A stretch of DNA of 64,000 bases, taken from positions 1 through 64,000 of the IMG/VR virus record IMGVR_UViG_2623620477_000001; one strand, 5' to 3'. The position numbers were made by a program, and so were the translations under genes. This document shows positions 1 through 7,780 of the stretch, piece after piece. Position 1 is the stretch's first letter. Every line of letters begins with the position of its first letter. The notes below the pieces were generated by a model, which saw only the letters and a program-made list of their open reading frames with translations, was not told the DNA's origin and searched no databases. The stretch comes from a virus (taxonomy: Duplodnaviria > Caudoviricetes).

Positions 1-1113
1 ATGAGAGTTACAGAACCTTATACAATATTTCCTCGAACTCTTTCCTCTGGTAAAACTGTTTATTACTACCAATTCCGTGATGATAAAGGACATCGTTCTT
101 CCGCTAAGTCTACTGGCTGTACTACCATATCTTCTGCAAAAAGATTCTGTCAAAAACTGTACAACGAAGGTGCTTTCAAAAAGGATTCTTCATTATCTTT
201 CTCTGTATATACACAGGATTTCTTTTCTGAACATTCTCGCTACTACAAGTGGAAGGTTGCGAACAAAGAACGGATCTCGCGCGAAACAATGTTGGCTTAT
301 GATAAGTTCTTGCGGAATCAACTTATTCCTTTTTTTTCTGATTATAAAATTACCGCCATTAAGCGTTCTGATGTAAAAGAATGGGTAATTTGGGCTAATG
401 ATAAATGGTCTCCAAAAACAGTAAACTCTGCACAGACTGTACTGAACCTAATATTCAAGCAAGCCATAGATGAAGAAATAATCGAGAACAATCCTTGCTA
501 CAATCTGTCATTCCGCACAATTCAGAAGAAACATCGTGAATTACTTACTATCGAAGAAGTAAGAGATTTGTACAACAATGGAAAATGGTGGTATGACAAC
601 AAACTTATATTTCTGCTAGATATAATTACAGGAATGAGAATATCAGAAGTAGTCGCTCTTCAGTCAGAAGACATCCATGATAACTACATTGACGTAAAAC
701 ACTCATACTCAAGACAGTTCGGTTTAGGCTCAACAAAGACTAATGAGTGCCGTTTCGTACCAATTCCTACCGAACTTGCGAAAACACTACGGTTACGCAG
801 AGGATTTTTGTTCATAAATCACGAAGGTCAGAACATTGGTAAGCCTCTAAATATAAACTCGTTCTACACTAACCTAACAGAAAATTACACTTATTGCGGA
901 ATCGATTATAAATCTCGCGGACTAACAGTACATACTAATAGAGATTTTTACAATACTTATTTGGAATCGGAAAATGTGCCCGAACCAAAAATACGTGCCG
1001 TTATTGGACACAAAGACAGTTCAATGACTAACCTTTACACATATTGGAAACCCGATATGTTCTCGGAAGTTTACTCTGCACAAGAGAAACTATACCGAAT
1101 AATCACGGAGTAA
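1..1113 (+). CDS. int: Tyrosine recombinase / phage integrase
   Basis: TGMRISE (catalytic R), HTNR (HxxR), IGH...LY C-terminal motifs; SAM-like N-terminal region. Confidence 0.95.
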   Translation: MRVTEPYTIFPRTLSSGKTVYYYQFRDDKGHRSSAKSTGCTTISSAKRFCQKLYNEGAFKKDSSLSFSVYTQDFFSEHSRYYKWKVANKERISRETMLAYDKFLRNQLIPFFSDYKITAIKRSDVKEWVIWANDKWSPKTVNSAQTVLNLIFKQAIDEEIIENNPCYNLSFRTIQKKHRELLTIEEVRDLYNNGKWWYDNKLIFLLDIITGMRISEVVALQSEDIHDNYIDVKHSYSRQFGLGSTKTNECRFVPIPTELAKTLRLRRGFLFINHEGQNIGKPLNINSFYTNLTENYTYCGIDYKSRGLTVHTNRDFYNTYLESENVPEPKIRAVIGHKDSSMTNLYTYWKPDMFSEVYSAQEKLYRIITE

Positions 1114-1116
1114 TTT

Positions 1117-1890
1117 ATGCCAAGGACTAACAAAATTATCGACGCATCTCTTGATGAAGTACAGACTGCAAAAGAGTCTGCAATCGCTCTAGTACAAGGA
1201 AGTGTTGTTCAGCAGACTGCAGAAGATTTGTTCTACACAGACAACCTTGAGGAAGTAGAAAACGGTCTTAAGAGCCTAAACGAGTTCTCAAACAAGGCTT
1301 GGTTGCTATCGTCTATTATTTTATACACAGTTATCTATAACAAGGAATTATACACAGATTCAGGATTGTTTTGGGATGAATACGCAAAACAGGCTCAAGA
1401 ACGCATCGGAATCGACCCGCGCGATGTTTCAGAACAGTTATCTTCCGCAAGGTTCTTTATTCAGCATCACGCAGAATTGGAGAGACAGGGATTTGACCCA
1501 AGTGGAAACAACCGTAAACTTGCAAGAGCAGAACTTGCTACTGAATTATCTGGTGATGTACACGCTGTAATTAAACACTTAGTAAATGATTCATGGCGTG
1601 ACTTCAAGGCTTGGTATTCTTCATTTAAGACAAAAGCAATTGAAGCACCAAATGATATTAAACGACCTGACATTGAAGTAAAAGGCAAGAAAGTTTACAT
1701 ACAAGGTGTAGAGGCTATAAAAGTTTCTGAAAAGATTCCGCAGCAAGATAAGGAGCGTTTGGAAAAATATATAAGTCAGATCTTCGAGGCTATGAGAAAA
1801 GGTCTTGAACCTGCTATTGTTCAGTGTTACGATGAAAAAGAAGCTCGAGTCCTCACAAAACTTCGTGATAAATATAGACAAGGAAAATAA
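1117..1890 (+). CDS. Hypothetical protein, possibly helical DNA-binding
   Basis: 257-aa ORF starting 3 nt after int; segment IYNKELY...WDEYAK..ERIGIDPRDV loosely resembles DUF3102/Borrelia PF49-like helical motifs (judged by eye). Confidence 0.5.
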   Translation: MPRTNKIIDASLDEVQTAKESAIALVQGSVVQQTAEDLFYTDNLEEVENGLKSLNEFSNKAWLLSSIILYTVIYNKELYTDSGLFWDEYAKQAQERIGIDPRDVSEQLSSARFFIQHHAELERQGFDPSGNNRKLARAELATELSGDVHAVIKHLVNDSWRDFKAWYSSFKTKAIEAPNDIKRPDIEVKGKKVYIQGVEAIKVSEKIPQQDKERLEKYISQIFEAMRKGLEPAIVQCYDEKEARVLTKLRDKYRQGK

Positions 1891-1899
1891 GGAGCATTT

Positions 1900-2430
1900 A
1901 TGAAAAAACTATTTATCGGAATACTGTGTATCTCTCTGTTATCGTGTAAATCTCCACATAATAGCACTGTAGAGCCTCCGTCAGAAGAACAAACAGCAAT
2001 CCCTAGAAGTGAATGGGATTCAGACAATATTGCGTTTGAAAACACATCTAAAATTACTACAACAAATAGTTTTTATCCTAGAACAGAAGGCACTTCGGGA
2101 ATTATAGGTAGTTATTATTTATCAGAAGAACGCTATGAAGGAATGACTGGTGCAGAGTTTACATATCAATACGACTTTTATGATAACGGTTATTGCCATA
2201 TTAAAAAGACAGGATGGAATACAAAAGCGTTTACAACACCATTCTCAAGCGAAGGTACTCACAGATATAAAATTATAAAGTTCGCAGATGATTATTACAA
2301 AGTATCATACCTTTCTGATAATGGTGTCGTAAAATCAAGTGAGTTTTTCCAAGTGTCTAATGACGGTTTGCACCTAACCTATGCAATAAACAGAGACGGT
2401 GTTCTGATTTACGCAAATCAGAACGATTAA
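1900..2430 (+). CDS. Lipoprotein (moron / possible superinfection exclusion)
   Basis: MKKLFIGILCISLLS-C signal peptide with lipobox; AAGGAG RBS. Confidence 0.7.
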   Translation: MKKLFIGILCISLLSCKSPHNSTVEPPSEEQTAIPRSEWDSDNIAFENTSKITTTNSFYPRTEGTSGIIGSYYLSEERYEGMTGAEFTYQYDFYDNGYCHIKKTGWNTKAFTTPFSSEGTHRYKIIKFADDYYKVSYLSDNGVVKSSEFFQVSNDGLHLTYAINRDGVLIYANQND

Positions 2431-2431
2431 A

Positions 2432-2845
2432 TTACTTCCACAAGCAACCACGGAGATTTTCTCTACTTCTAAAAGCAAACTTAACTCCGTCTTGCTTGAA
2501 ACCGTCTTGTTCCAATACGATAAAATACTTAGTATTGTAAATTGCAATAAGAATTGCTACGTGCCCGTACTTGTTGGTTTTACTGCTATTCCAAATTAAA
2601 ATATCCCCACGGCTGTAATCGGCAAGTGCGGAATCTACAGTAACATTCAAATTGGTGCATTTATCGAAAATATCCTTTGCACCACCATCAGCACCAAGAG
2701 CAGGAAATTGCTCAACACCGTAAACATCGTGAATATACTGGCGAGCCAAATCAACACATTGAAATGAACCGTCTCCCTTAAAATCCTTATCCTTATAATC
2801 TACTTTCTTCCCAAGATAAGTGTTAATAAATGTGGTCAATGTCAT
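2432..2845 (-). CDS. Endolysin, CHAP domain
   Basis: QCVDLA and YGHVAI catalytic Cys/His motifs, LEQD; end of lysis cluster. Confidence 0.9.
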   Translation of the reverse strand: MTLTTFINTYLGKKVDYKDKDFKGDGSFQCVDLARQYIHDVYGVEQFPALGADGGAKDIFDKCTNLNVTVDSALADYSRGDILIWNSSKTNKYGHVAILIAIYNTKYFIVLEQDGFKQDGVKFAFRSRENLRGCLWK

Positions 2846-3102
2846 TCTTCTACCTTTCCATACAATTCTTTATCGTGTTTAATTGTTGCCTCGAGTTTTG
2901 AATACTCTAAATAGAACTCTGCAAGCAAATCAACAGACTCTTTCGGGATGTTCCAAGACTCATCTTCGTTGATTGTTCTTTCAAGAGCAGGGAATTTTGG
3001 ACAGTCGTAATTAGGAATTACATATTTATAAACGACCTTAACGCTTTGGCAAGATGTCATCAGCAGACAACTTACCACTGTGCAAATCATCAATTTTTTC
3101 AT
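2842..3102 (-). CDS. o-spanin-like lipoprotein (Rz1-like)
   Basis: Lipobox LLMTS-C; overlaps 3' end of upstream TM/coiled-coil gene in another frame. Confidence 0.7.
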   Translation of the reverse strand: MKKLMICTVVSCLLMTSCQSVKVVYKYVIPNYDCPKFPALERTINEDESWNIPKESVDLLAEFYLEYSKLEATIKHDKELYGKVEE

Positions 3103-3304
3103 TGGTTTCTTCCTCTTTCTGATGCTTAAACTGTTCTGATTTCCGATAAAGGTCGAACTCTTCTAACAGTCCATTATAGGCTTCTGTTTTTCTGTCCAAT
3201 CGGTCTTTCAATTCTTTATTCTTGTTTCTCTGACAAATAAATAATATCAACACTACAAGAAACAAACCTAATAAAACCAATATAGCAATAACAGATGCAG
3301 ACAT
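3038..3304 (-). CDS. i-spanin-like protein (Rz-like)
   Basis: N-terminal TM helix followed by coiled coil; ATG at 3304 after GGGGGT. Confidence 0.7.
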   Translation of the reverse strand: MSASVIAILVLLGLFLVVLILFICQRNKNKELKDRLDRKTEAYNGLLEEFDLYRKSEQFKHQKEEETNEKIDDLHSGKLSADDILPKR

Positions 3305-3315
3305 AAGCACCCCCT

Positions 3316-3606
3316 TTATTTCTTTTCTTTTTCTTCCAATTTGGTCTCAACTCTTACCAACGATTTCTGAATATCAGTAAGAGTGAGCATAATTGCATCG
3401 ATACTTTTATCGGTAGACTTTCTTTCTTCTTCGATTTTTGCCTGTAATGTTTTATGGTCGTTGCAAAACTTAGATGTCTTTTCTTCCACGTCTTTTTCCA
3501 ATTGTTCAAGTTTTGAAGTGAGTTTTGCCCCTTTCCAAACAAGGGCTAAAACTGGAAGTAAATAAATGACAGTACCAATTACATTGGTTAATACTTCACC
3601 GTTCAT
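3316..3606 (-). CDS. Single-TM coiled-coil lysis-cluster protein (holin/antiholin-like)
   Basis: N-terminal TM plus coiled coil; ATGA overlap with upstream holin. Confidence 0.6.
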   Translation of the reverse strand: MNGEVLTNVIGTVIYLLPVLALVWKGAKLTSKLEQLEKDVEEKTSKFCNDHKTLQAKIEEERKSTDKSIDAIMLTLTDIQKSLVRVETKLEEKEKK

Positions 3607-3881
3607 TTTTCGCCCCCGTCACTTTCACTACTCTCATTCTTGGTAAATAACTTTTGGAAGGTCTTAAATACAGTATCGTAGAAAATCGTTGCTCCCGATA
3701 CTCCGATAATTCCATAAAGAATCTTCTCTGGCAAATAAAAAGCGATAAGCACCATACAGACACCAACCAAAATGGTTACAAGTGTCCAAACACGCTTACC
3801 GCCTTTCTGTATAAGATTCTTAATGATTTCTGTTACACCTACTGTCGCAAGTGCGATTAAAAGTAACTCTGAATAATTGCT
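3603..3881 (-). CDS. Holin, 92 aa, AGC start (absent from ORF track)
   Basis: GAGGT-gggtaa-AGC then NYSELLLIALATVGVTEIIKNLIQKGGKRVWTLVTILVGVCMVLIAFYLPEKILYGIIGVSGATIFYDTVFK...; three hydrophobic segments, charged C-terminus; in-frame TAA immediately before AGC. Confidence 0.85.
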   Translation of the reverse strand, partial: SNYSELLLIALATVGVTEIIKNLIQKGGKRVWTLVTILVGVCMVLIAFYLPEKILYGIIGVSGATIFYDTVFKTFQKLFTKNESSESDGGEK

Positions 3882-3920
3882 TTACCCACCTCTGCAATTA
3901 TTCTACATCATAATCTTTTA

Positions 3921-4295
3921 CTACGCAACCGAAACTGGTTCGTTTGAAAGATATGATATAATTTTATCAACATCAGCAGATGTAATTTTAATCACACAAT
4001 CTTTCGGAGCAAACATAGGAATTTTCGGAATTGTAATTGAATATGAATCATATTCGTTCAGCACATTTTTTAATGTCTTTGCGAAAACATCAATATCATA
4101 CATTCCGTCTTGTTCTTTGATTACACTTGAAACAACAGGACTTTCAAGAAAATAATCGAGAATATCTTGATTCTCTCTCAATGCTTTCTTTGCCATACAT
4201 AGTGAAAACTTAGAATGTTTATCATCAATGTCATTTATCAAATCGTTGTGAATAAACTTTACAAGTGCATCTGCTATCTGTTTCTTAGTATACAT
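3921..4295 (-). CDS. Hypothetical protein (last gene of 7-gene cassette)
   Basis: 124-aa ORF with GGAGGT RBS, tightly packed. Confidence 0.6.
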   Translation of the reverse strand: MYTKKQIADALVKFIHNDLINDIDDKHSKFSLCMAKKALRENQDILDYFLESPVVSSVIKEQDGMYDIDVFAKTLKNVLNEYDSYSITIPKIPMFAPKDCVIKITSADVDKIISYLSNEPVSVA

Positions 4296-4296
4296 A

Positions 4297-4668
4297 CTAC
4301 ACCTCCGTCTTTACAAGTTTAAGCATCTTCTGACGTTCTTCTTCAAGTCTGTTCAGATGCTCTCTCTCGCTTTCATCAGCCTTTACAAGATGTTTTTTTA
4401 TAAGGATTCCTGCGTGTCGCAATTCGTCATGTGCCATTTCTTTGTACTGCACATCGTTTGTCTGCTGATACAGTTCCCAATAATTTCTTGCTCCGTCAAG
4501 TTCTTCCTCAACATCATCTTCAAGTTCTTCGCAAGCCATAAGCAACTGACCGATAAACAGCGCTTTCATAAAAGTCCTTGAATATGGGTCATATGCGTTT
4601 TCGAAGTCTATTTGAGATAATGCTTCTTTGAAATCTTCTTTCAGAACCTCAACGCATTTCATACGCAA
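4297..4668 (-). CDS. Ferritin-like helical protein
   Basis: EELDGA..Y and DELRHA (ExxH) motifs. Confidence 0.55.
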   Translation of the reverse strand: MRMKCVEVLKEDFKEALSQIDFENAYDPYSRTFMKALFIGQLLMACEELEDDVEEELDGARNYWELYQQTNDVQYKEMAHDELRHAGILIKKHLVKADESEREHLNRLEEERQKMLKLVKTEV

Positions 4669-4991
4669 ACTCTCCTAAACTTTCTTCCGAAAAATTGGAT
4701 AATCTGAAAATGGCTTGGATCAGATAAATACTGACAGCGAATTACTGTTCTTGATGTCAGCGGATAAGGTCTAAGATAGTTACCGTTACCGTTCATCAAA
4801 TCGCCCGTCACTGTTCCGTTTGTAATTGTAATCTGCGTTCCGTCTGTTCCGTCTGGAATTGCAGTCGCAAGAAGTACATCAATAATCTGTCCGTTTTCAA
4901 TTTCAGCAGTTGCAGGAAGTGTGATAGTAGTTACTCCACCTGTGGTTGCAACTGTTGTCGCTCTGTATCTTGGAATACAAGGGTCTATCAT
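4659..4991 (-). CDS. Hypothetical beta-rich protein
   Basis: GGAGGG RBS then ATG at 4991; Thr/Gly-rich. Confidence 0.55.
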   Translation of the reverse strand: MIDPCIPRYRATTVATTGGVTTITLPATAEIENGQIIDVLLATAIPDGTDGTQITITNGTVTGDLMNGNGNYLRPYPLTSRTVIRCQYLSDPSHFQIIQFFGRKFRRVCV

Positions 4992-5008
4992 AAGCCCTCC
5001 CAAAAAAT

Positions 5009-5045
5009 AAGGGAAGTTTACCTCTAATTTCAGCAAACTTCCCTT
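5009..5045 (-). terminator. Intrinsic terminator-like hairpin
   Basis: AAGGGAAGTTT...AAACTTCCCTT inverted repeat followed by T-run on - strand. Confidence 0.6.
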
Positions 5046-5120
5046 AATGTATATGTCTACGCTTATACAAGCGGAATCGTCACCTTTAAGGGAATTGAAC
5101 TATTTCCAAAATGGGAACAG

Positions 5121-5741
5121 TTAGTTGTAAAGCGGATAACCGTTGCATCCGCAATTGTTGCAGAATGGACTACCACCTGCCGAGTAAGTTGTTGCATTTG
5201 GATAGCGTACTACGTTACAGAGTGCGTTCTGCATTTCCAACTGGTTTACTCTGCCCTGTAATGCTTCAATCTTGTTCTGTGCAAGAACATCAAGAATCTT
5301 CTGGGTCTGTGCGGTTGTTACAGCGTTGATACTTGCTGTGTTCATAGCACCGTCATAGCGATTCTGTCCGAATCCTTCTGACATCTGCAATTTCAAGTCA
5401 CCGTTCAACTGGCACTGATTTGCGATTGCCTGTGATACACCTGCGTTTACACCTGCGATGTCTCTTGCAAGTTCAGAATACTTGTCTCCAAGATTTGTAA
5501 CTACATCGTGGTAAACGTTGTTGGTTGCTGACAGGATTTCTCTCTGATTTGCGGTTGTATTCTGTGCATCAAAACCTCTCTGCATATCAGCACTTAGAGC
5601 ATTGGTGTTACCATTTCCACCGAAACCGAAACCACCGTTACCCATAAGCAAAGCAAAGATAAGGAAAGCCCAAATAAATCCAGAGCCACCGAATCCGTCA
5701 CCTCCGAACATCATTGGTGAGCCATTGTCACTTACTGTCAT
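5121..5741 (-). CDS. Gly-rich hydrophobic N-terminus plus long coiled coil, Cys-rich tail; unknown function
   Basis: FGGDGFGGSGFIWAFLIFALLMGNGGFGFGG; TQKILD...KIEALQ; C-terminal CNNCGC. Confidence 0.75.
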   Translation of the reverse strand: MTVSDNGSPMMFGGDGFGGSGFIWAFLIFALLMGNGGFGFGGNGNTNALSADMQRGFDAQNTTANQREILSATNNVYHDVVTNLGDKYSELARDIAGVNAGVSQAIANQCQLNGDLKLQMSEGFGQNRYDGAMNTASINAVTTAQTQKILDVLAQNKIEALQGRVNQLEMQNALCNVVRYPNATTYSAGGSPFCNNCGCNGYPLYN

Positions 5742-5926
5742 AAGCACCTCCTTTTATATTAAGTTTTTATTTGACCGTCATTTGACTGTAACTTGCTTGT
5801 ACTGTCAAAATGGGGCAAAAATACCGTGTTTTCGGGGCATTTTAGGGCAAAATACAGTAAATCTTATTTGACTGTCATTTGCTTTTCCAACGTAAAATAT
5901 GACTTTTTCAGTTGTAAAGGATTTCT

Positions 5927-6163
5927 TTACAACTGAATTCCGAAGTTACTTGCAAACTGCTTCAAGTCGATTCCTCGCTCTTTTGCAAGGTTCATACAAG
6001 TCTGTTTCATATCATTCTCACTTTTTCCGCCAACCATTTCCTGCATCTTTTGGAAAGCCTGTGGATTTTGCTTCATCATTTGGTTCATTCGGTTTTGCAA
6101 CTGTTGAGTAAGGAACTGGTTCGGATTTTGCATAGCCGACATCATTTGAAACGGATTTATCAT
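5927..6163 (-). CDS. Small Met/Gln/Asn-rich protein
   Basis: MINPFQMM...NLAKERGIDL; GGAGG RBS. Confidence 0.7.
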   Translation of the reverse strand: MINPFQMMSAMQNPNQFLTQQLQNRMNQMMKQNPQAFQKMQEMVGGKSENDMKQTCMNLAKERGIDLKQFASNFGIQL

Positions 6164-6449
6164 TTAGTCCTCCAATAAAGTTTTCTATTTTTGTCAGTCG
6201 TGTATTGATTTCTTCAAGTGGGTCTTTTGGTGGTTTCTGTTCTTCGATTGCATATACAAAGAAATCAGCCTGTCCATTGTTGTTCAATTTCTTCAAGTAG
6301 ATTTTTCCTGTACTTGTATCTACGAACAGATTTGTAGATACTGCATCAATCATAGATGCTTTTGCTTCTTCGATATTCGTAACGAAACGAGAATTAAGTT
6401 GTGGTTGTGGTGGCGGAAACGGTAACCACTGTTGCTGATATGGGTACAT
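6018..6449 (-). CDS. Hypothetical protein of cassette
   Basis: Pro/Gln-rich N-terminus, VTNIEEAKA...KIYLK core; GAGGTG RBS. Confidence 0.7.
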   Translation of the reverse strand: MYPYQQQWLPFPPPQPQLNSRFVTNIEEAKASMIDAVSTNLFVDTSTGKIYLKKLNNNGQADFFVYAIEEQKPPKDPLEEINTRLTKIENFIGGLNDKSVSNDVGYAKSEPVPYSTVAKPNEPNDEAKSTGFPKDAGNGWRKK

Positions 6450-6575
6450 AATCACCTCTCGATGATTATGCTATCACTATTGAGTTATTAAGAAATGCTG
6501 AATAACTGCTTAAATTATGCCGATAAATTACTGTCTTAGGTTTGAATTGGGTTTTCATTTTCCAAAGACATTGGG

Positions 6576-6815
6576 CTATGCAGTTTGTATAGCCCTTTCT
6601 ATTTTATCACGAATCAAATACAGTTCTTCGCATATAACCCTTTCACTGAATCCAAGTGTATCTGCAATAAAACCAATGTTCTGCCTTTTCAGATAAAACA
6701 TTTCAAAGATTCGTGTCTGCCTATCTGACAAAACAATCTTTTCTAACAAGTCATTTACATCTGCTCTTGTAGCAGTCTTAAACCAAACATTTATTTTCCT
6801 AACTGTTGCACTCAT
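6576..6815 (-). CDS. Small HTH protein (sigma region-4/LuxR-like)
   Basis: LSDRQTRIFEMFY...IADTLGFSERVI. Confidence 0.7.
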   Translation of the reverse strand: MSATVRKINVWFKTATRADVNDLLEKIVLSDRQTRIFEMFYLKRQNIGFIADTLGFSERVICEELYLIRDKIERAIQTA

Positions 6816-6942
6816 TTACAACACCTCCCATTATAACAGTAAATCAAAACTGATTAGGAAGGTAGTTGAATTGACTTGAATCGCAACTTGAATTGTTATT
6901 TAAGCAAGATGTTTAATATAAAATAACTAACAGCCTTTAAGA

Positions 6943-7185
6943 TTATTGGGTATTATCGTTATTTTCAACGGTTTGTTCAGATTCAGAATTACTACTTTCT
7001 TGATGAATAACACTTCCCTGCTCATCAATAACCATTGTGAGTGAATAAGTTACTTTAGGATTTGCAAGAACACTCGCTCTTATCTGATGAAACAGCATAA
7101 GAGCATCCTCATACTTTTCTTTCACAGTAATAGCGTTTGCTCTTTGTCCTTCTACTGTTGCAGTTTCAAAAACAAAATAGGTCAT
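6943..7185 (-). CDS. Hypothetical protein
   Basis: 80-aa ORF with GGAGG RBS. Confidence 0.6.
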   Translation of the reverse strand: MTYFVFETATVEGQRANAITVKEKYEDALMLFHQIRASVLANPKVTYSLTMVIDEQGSVIHQESSNSESEQTVENNDNTQ

Positions 7186-7225
7186 AGTTTATTCCTCCTA
7201 ATATTTTATTATGCTCTCCACTGTA

Positions 7226-7768
7226 CTATGGAGATACACTGCTCGTAAGTATTATATAATCAGTTACACTACTATCAAAAGTTCTTTGTATAGTTTTAGT
7301 GTATGAAGTTCCATCAATTGTAAGTGTAATGTTTGCTTCTGCTGAAACGGTTGATGGAGTCTCAATTCCACTCGATGTGATTGACTGATTTATTGTATGT
7401 GAACCAAACGTACCTACTATATTTAGAGGTTGTTGAAATGTTACTCCGCCAACTATGTATAGTCCCAATTTATAGTAGGCAAAAAAACCTGTCTTAGTAA
7501 CACTCATTCGTACACAACCAACCGTTGAGTAAATATTATTCTTTGTAGTCTTGAAATCTCTCAAACTGCTTAACTGTAAACCTGTTAAGTTAAGGTCAGG
7601 TTGTGTAGCACTTACATCAACTGCATTGAAATATCTGATACCGTCACTCGTTTTAACAGCCAATGCTCTTGACGTATCAGTCAATTCTGATTTAGCAGTA
7701 TGACCGAATATTTTATGAGTAGTTCCACTTTTCCGATAGCATAAAGGATGTAAAAAATCAACTGCCAT
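7226..7768 (-). CDS. Tail-associated hypothetical protein
   Basis: Follows tail tip gene; beta-rich composition; GAGGTG RBS. Confidence 0.55.
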   Translation of the reverse strand: MAVDFLHPLCYRKSGTTHKIFGHTAKSELTDTSRALAVKTSDGIRYFNAVDVSATQPDLNLTGLQLSSLRDFKTTKNNIYSTVGCVRMSVTKTGFFAYYKLGLYIVGGVTFQQPLNIVGTFGSHTINQSITSSGIETPSTVSAEANITLTIDGTSYTKTIQRTFDSSVTDYIILTSSVSP

Positions 7769-7780
7769 ATTTTCACCTCT

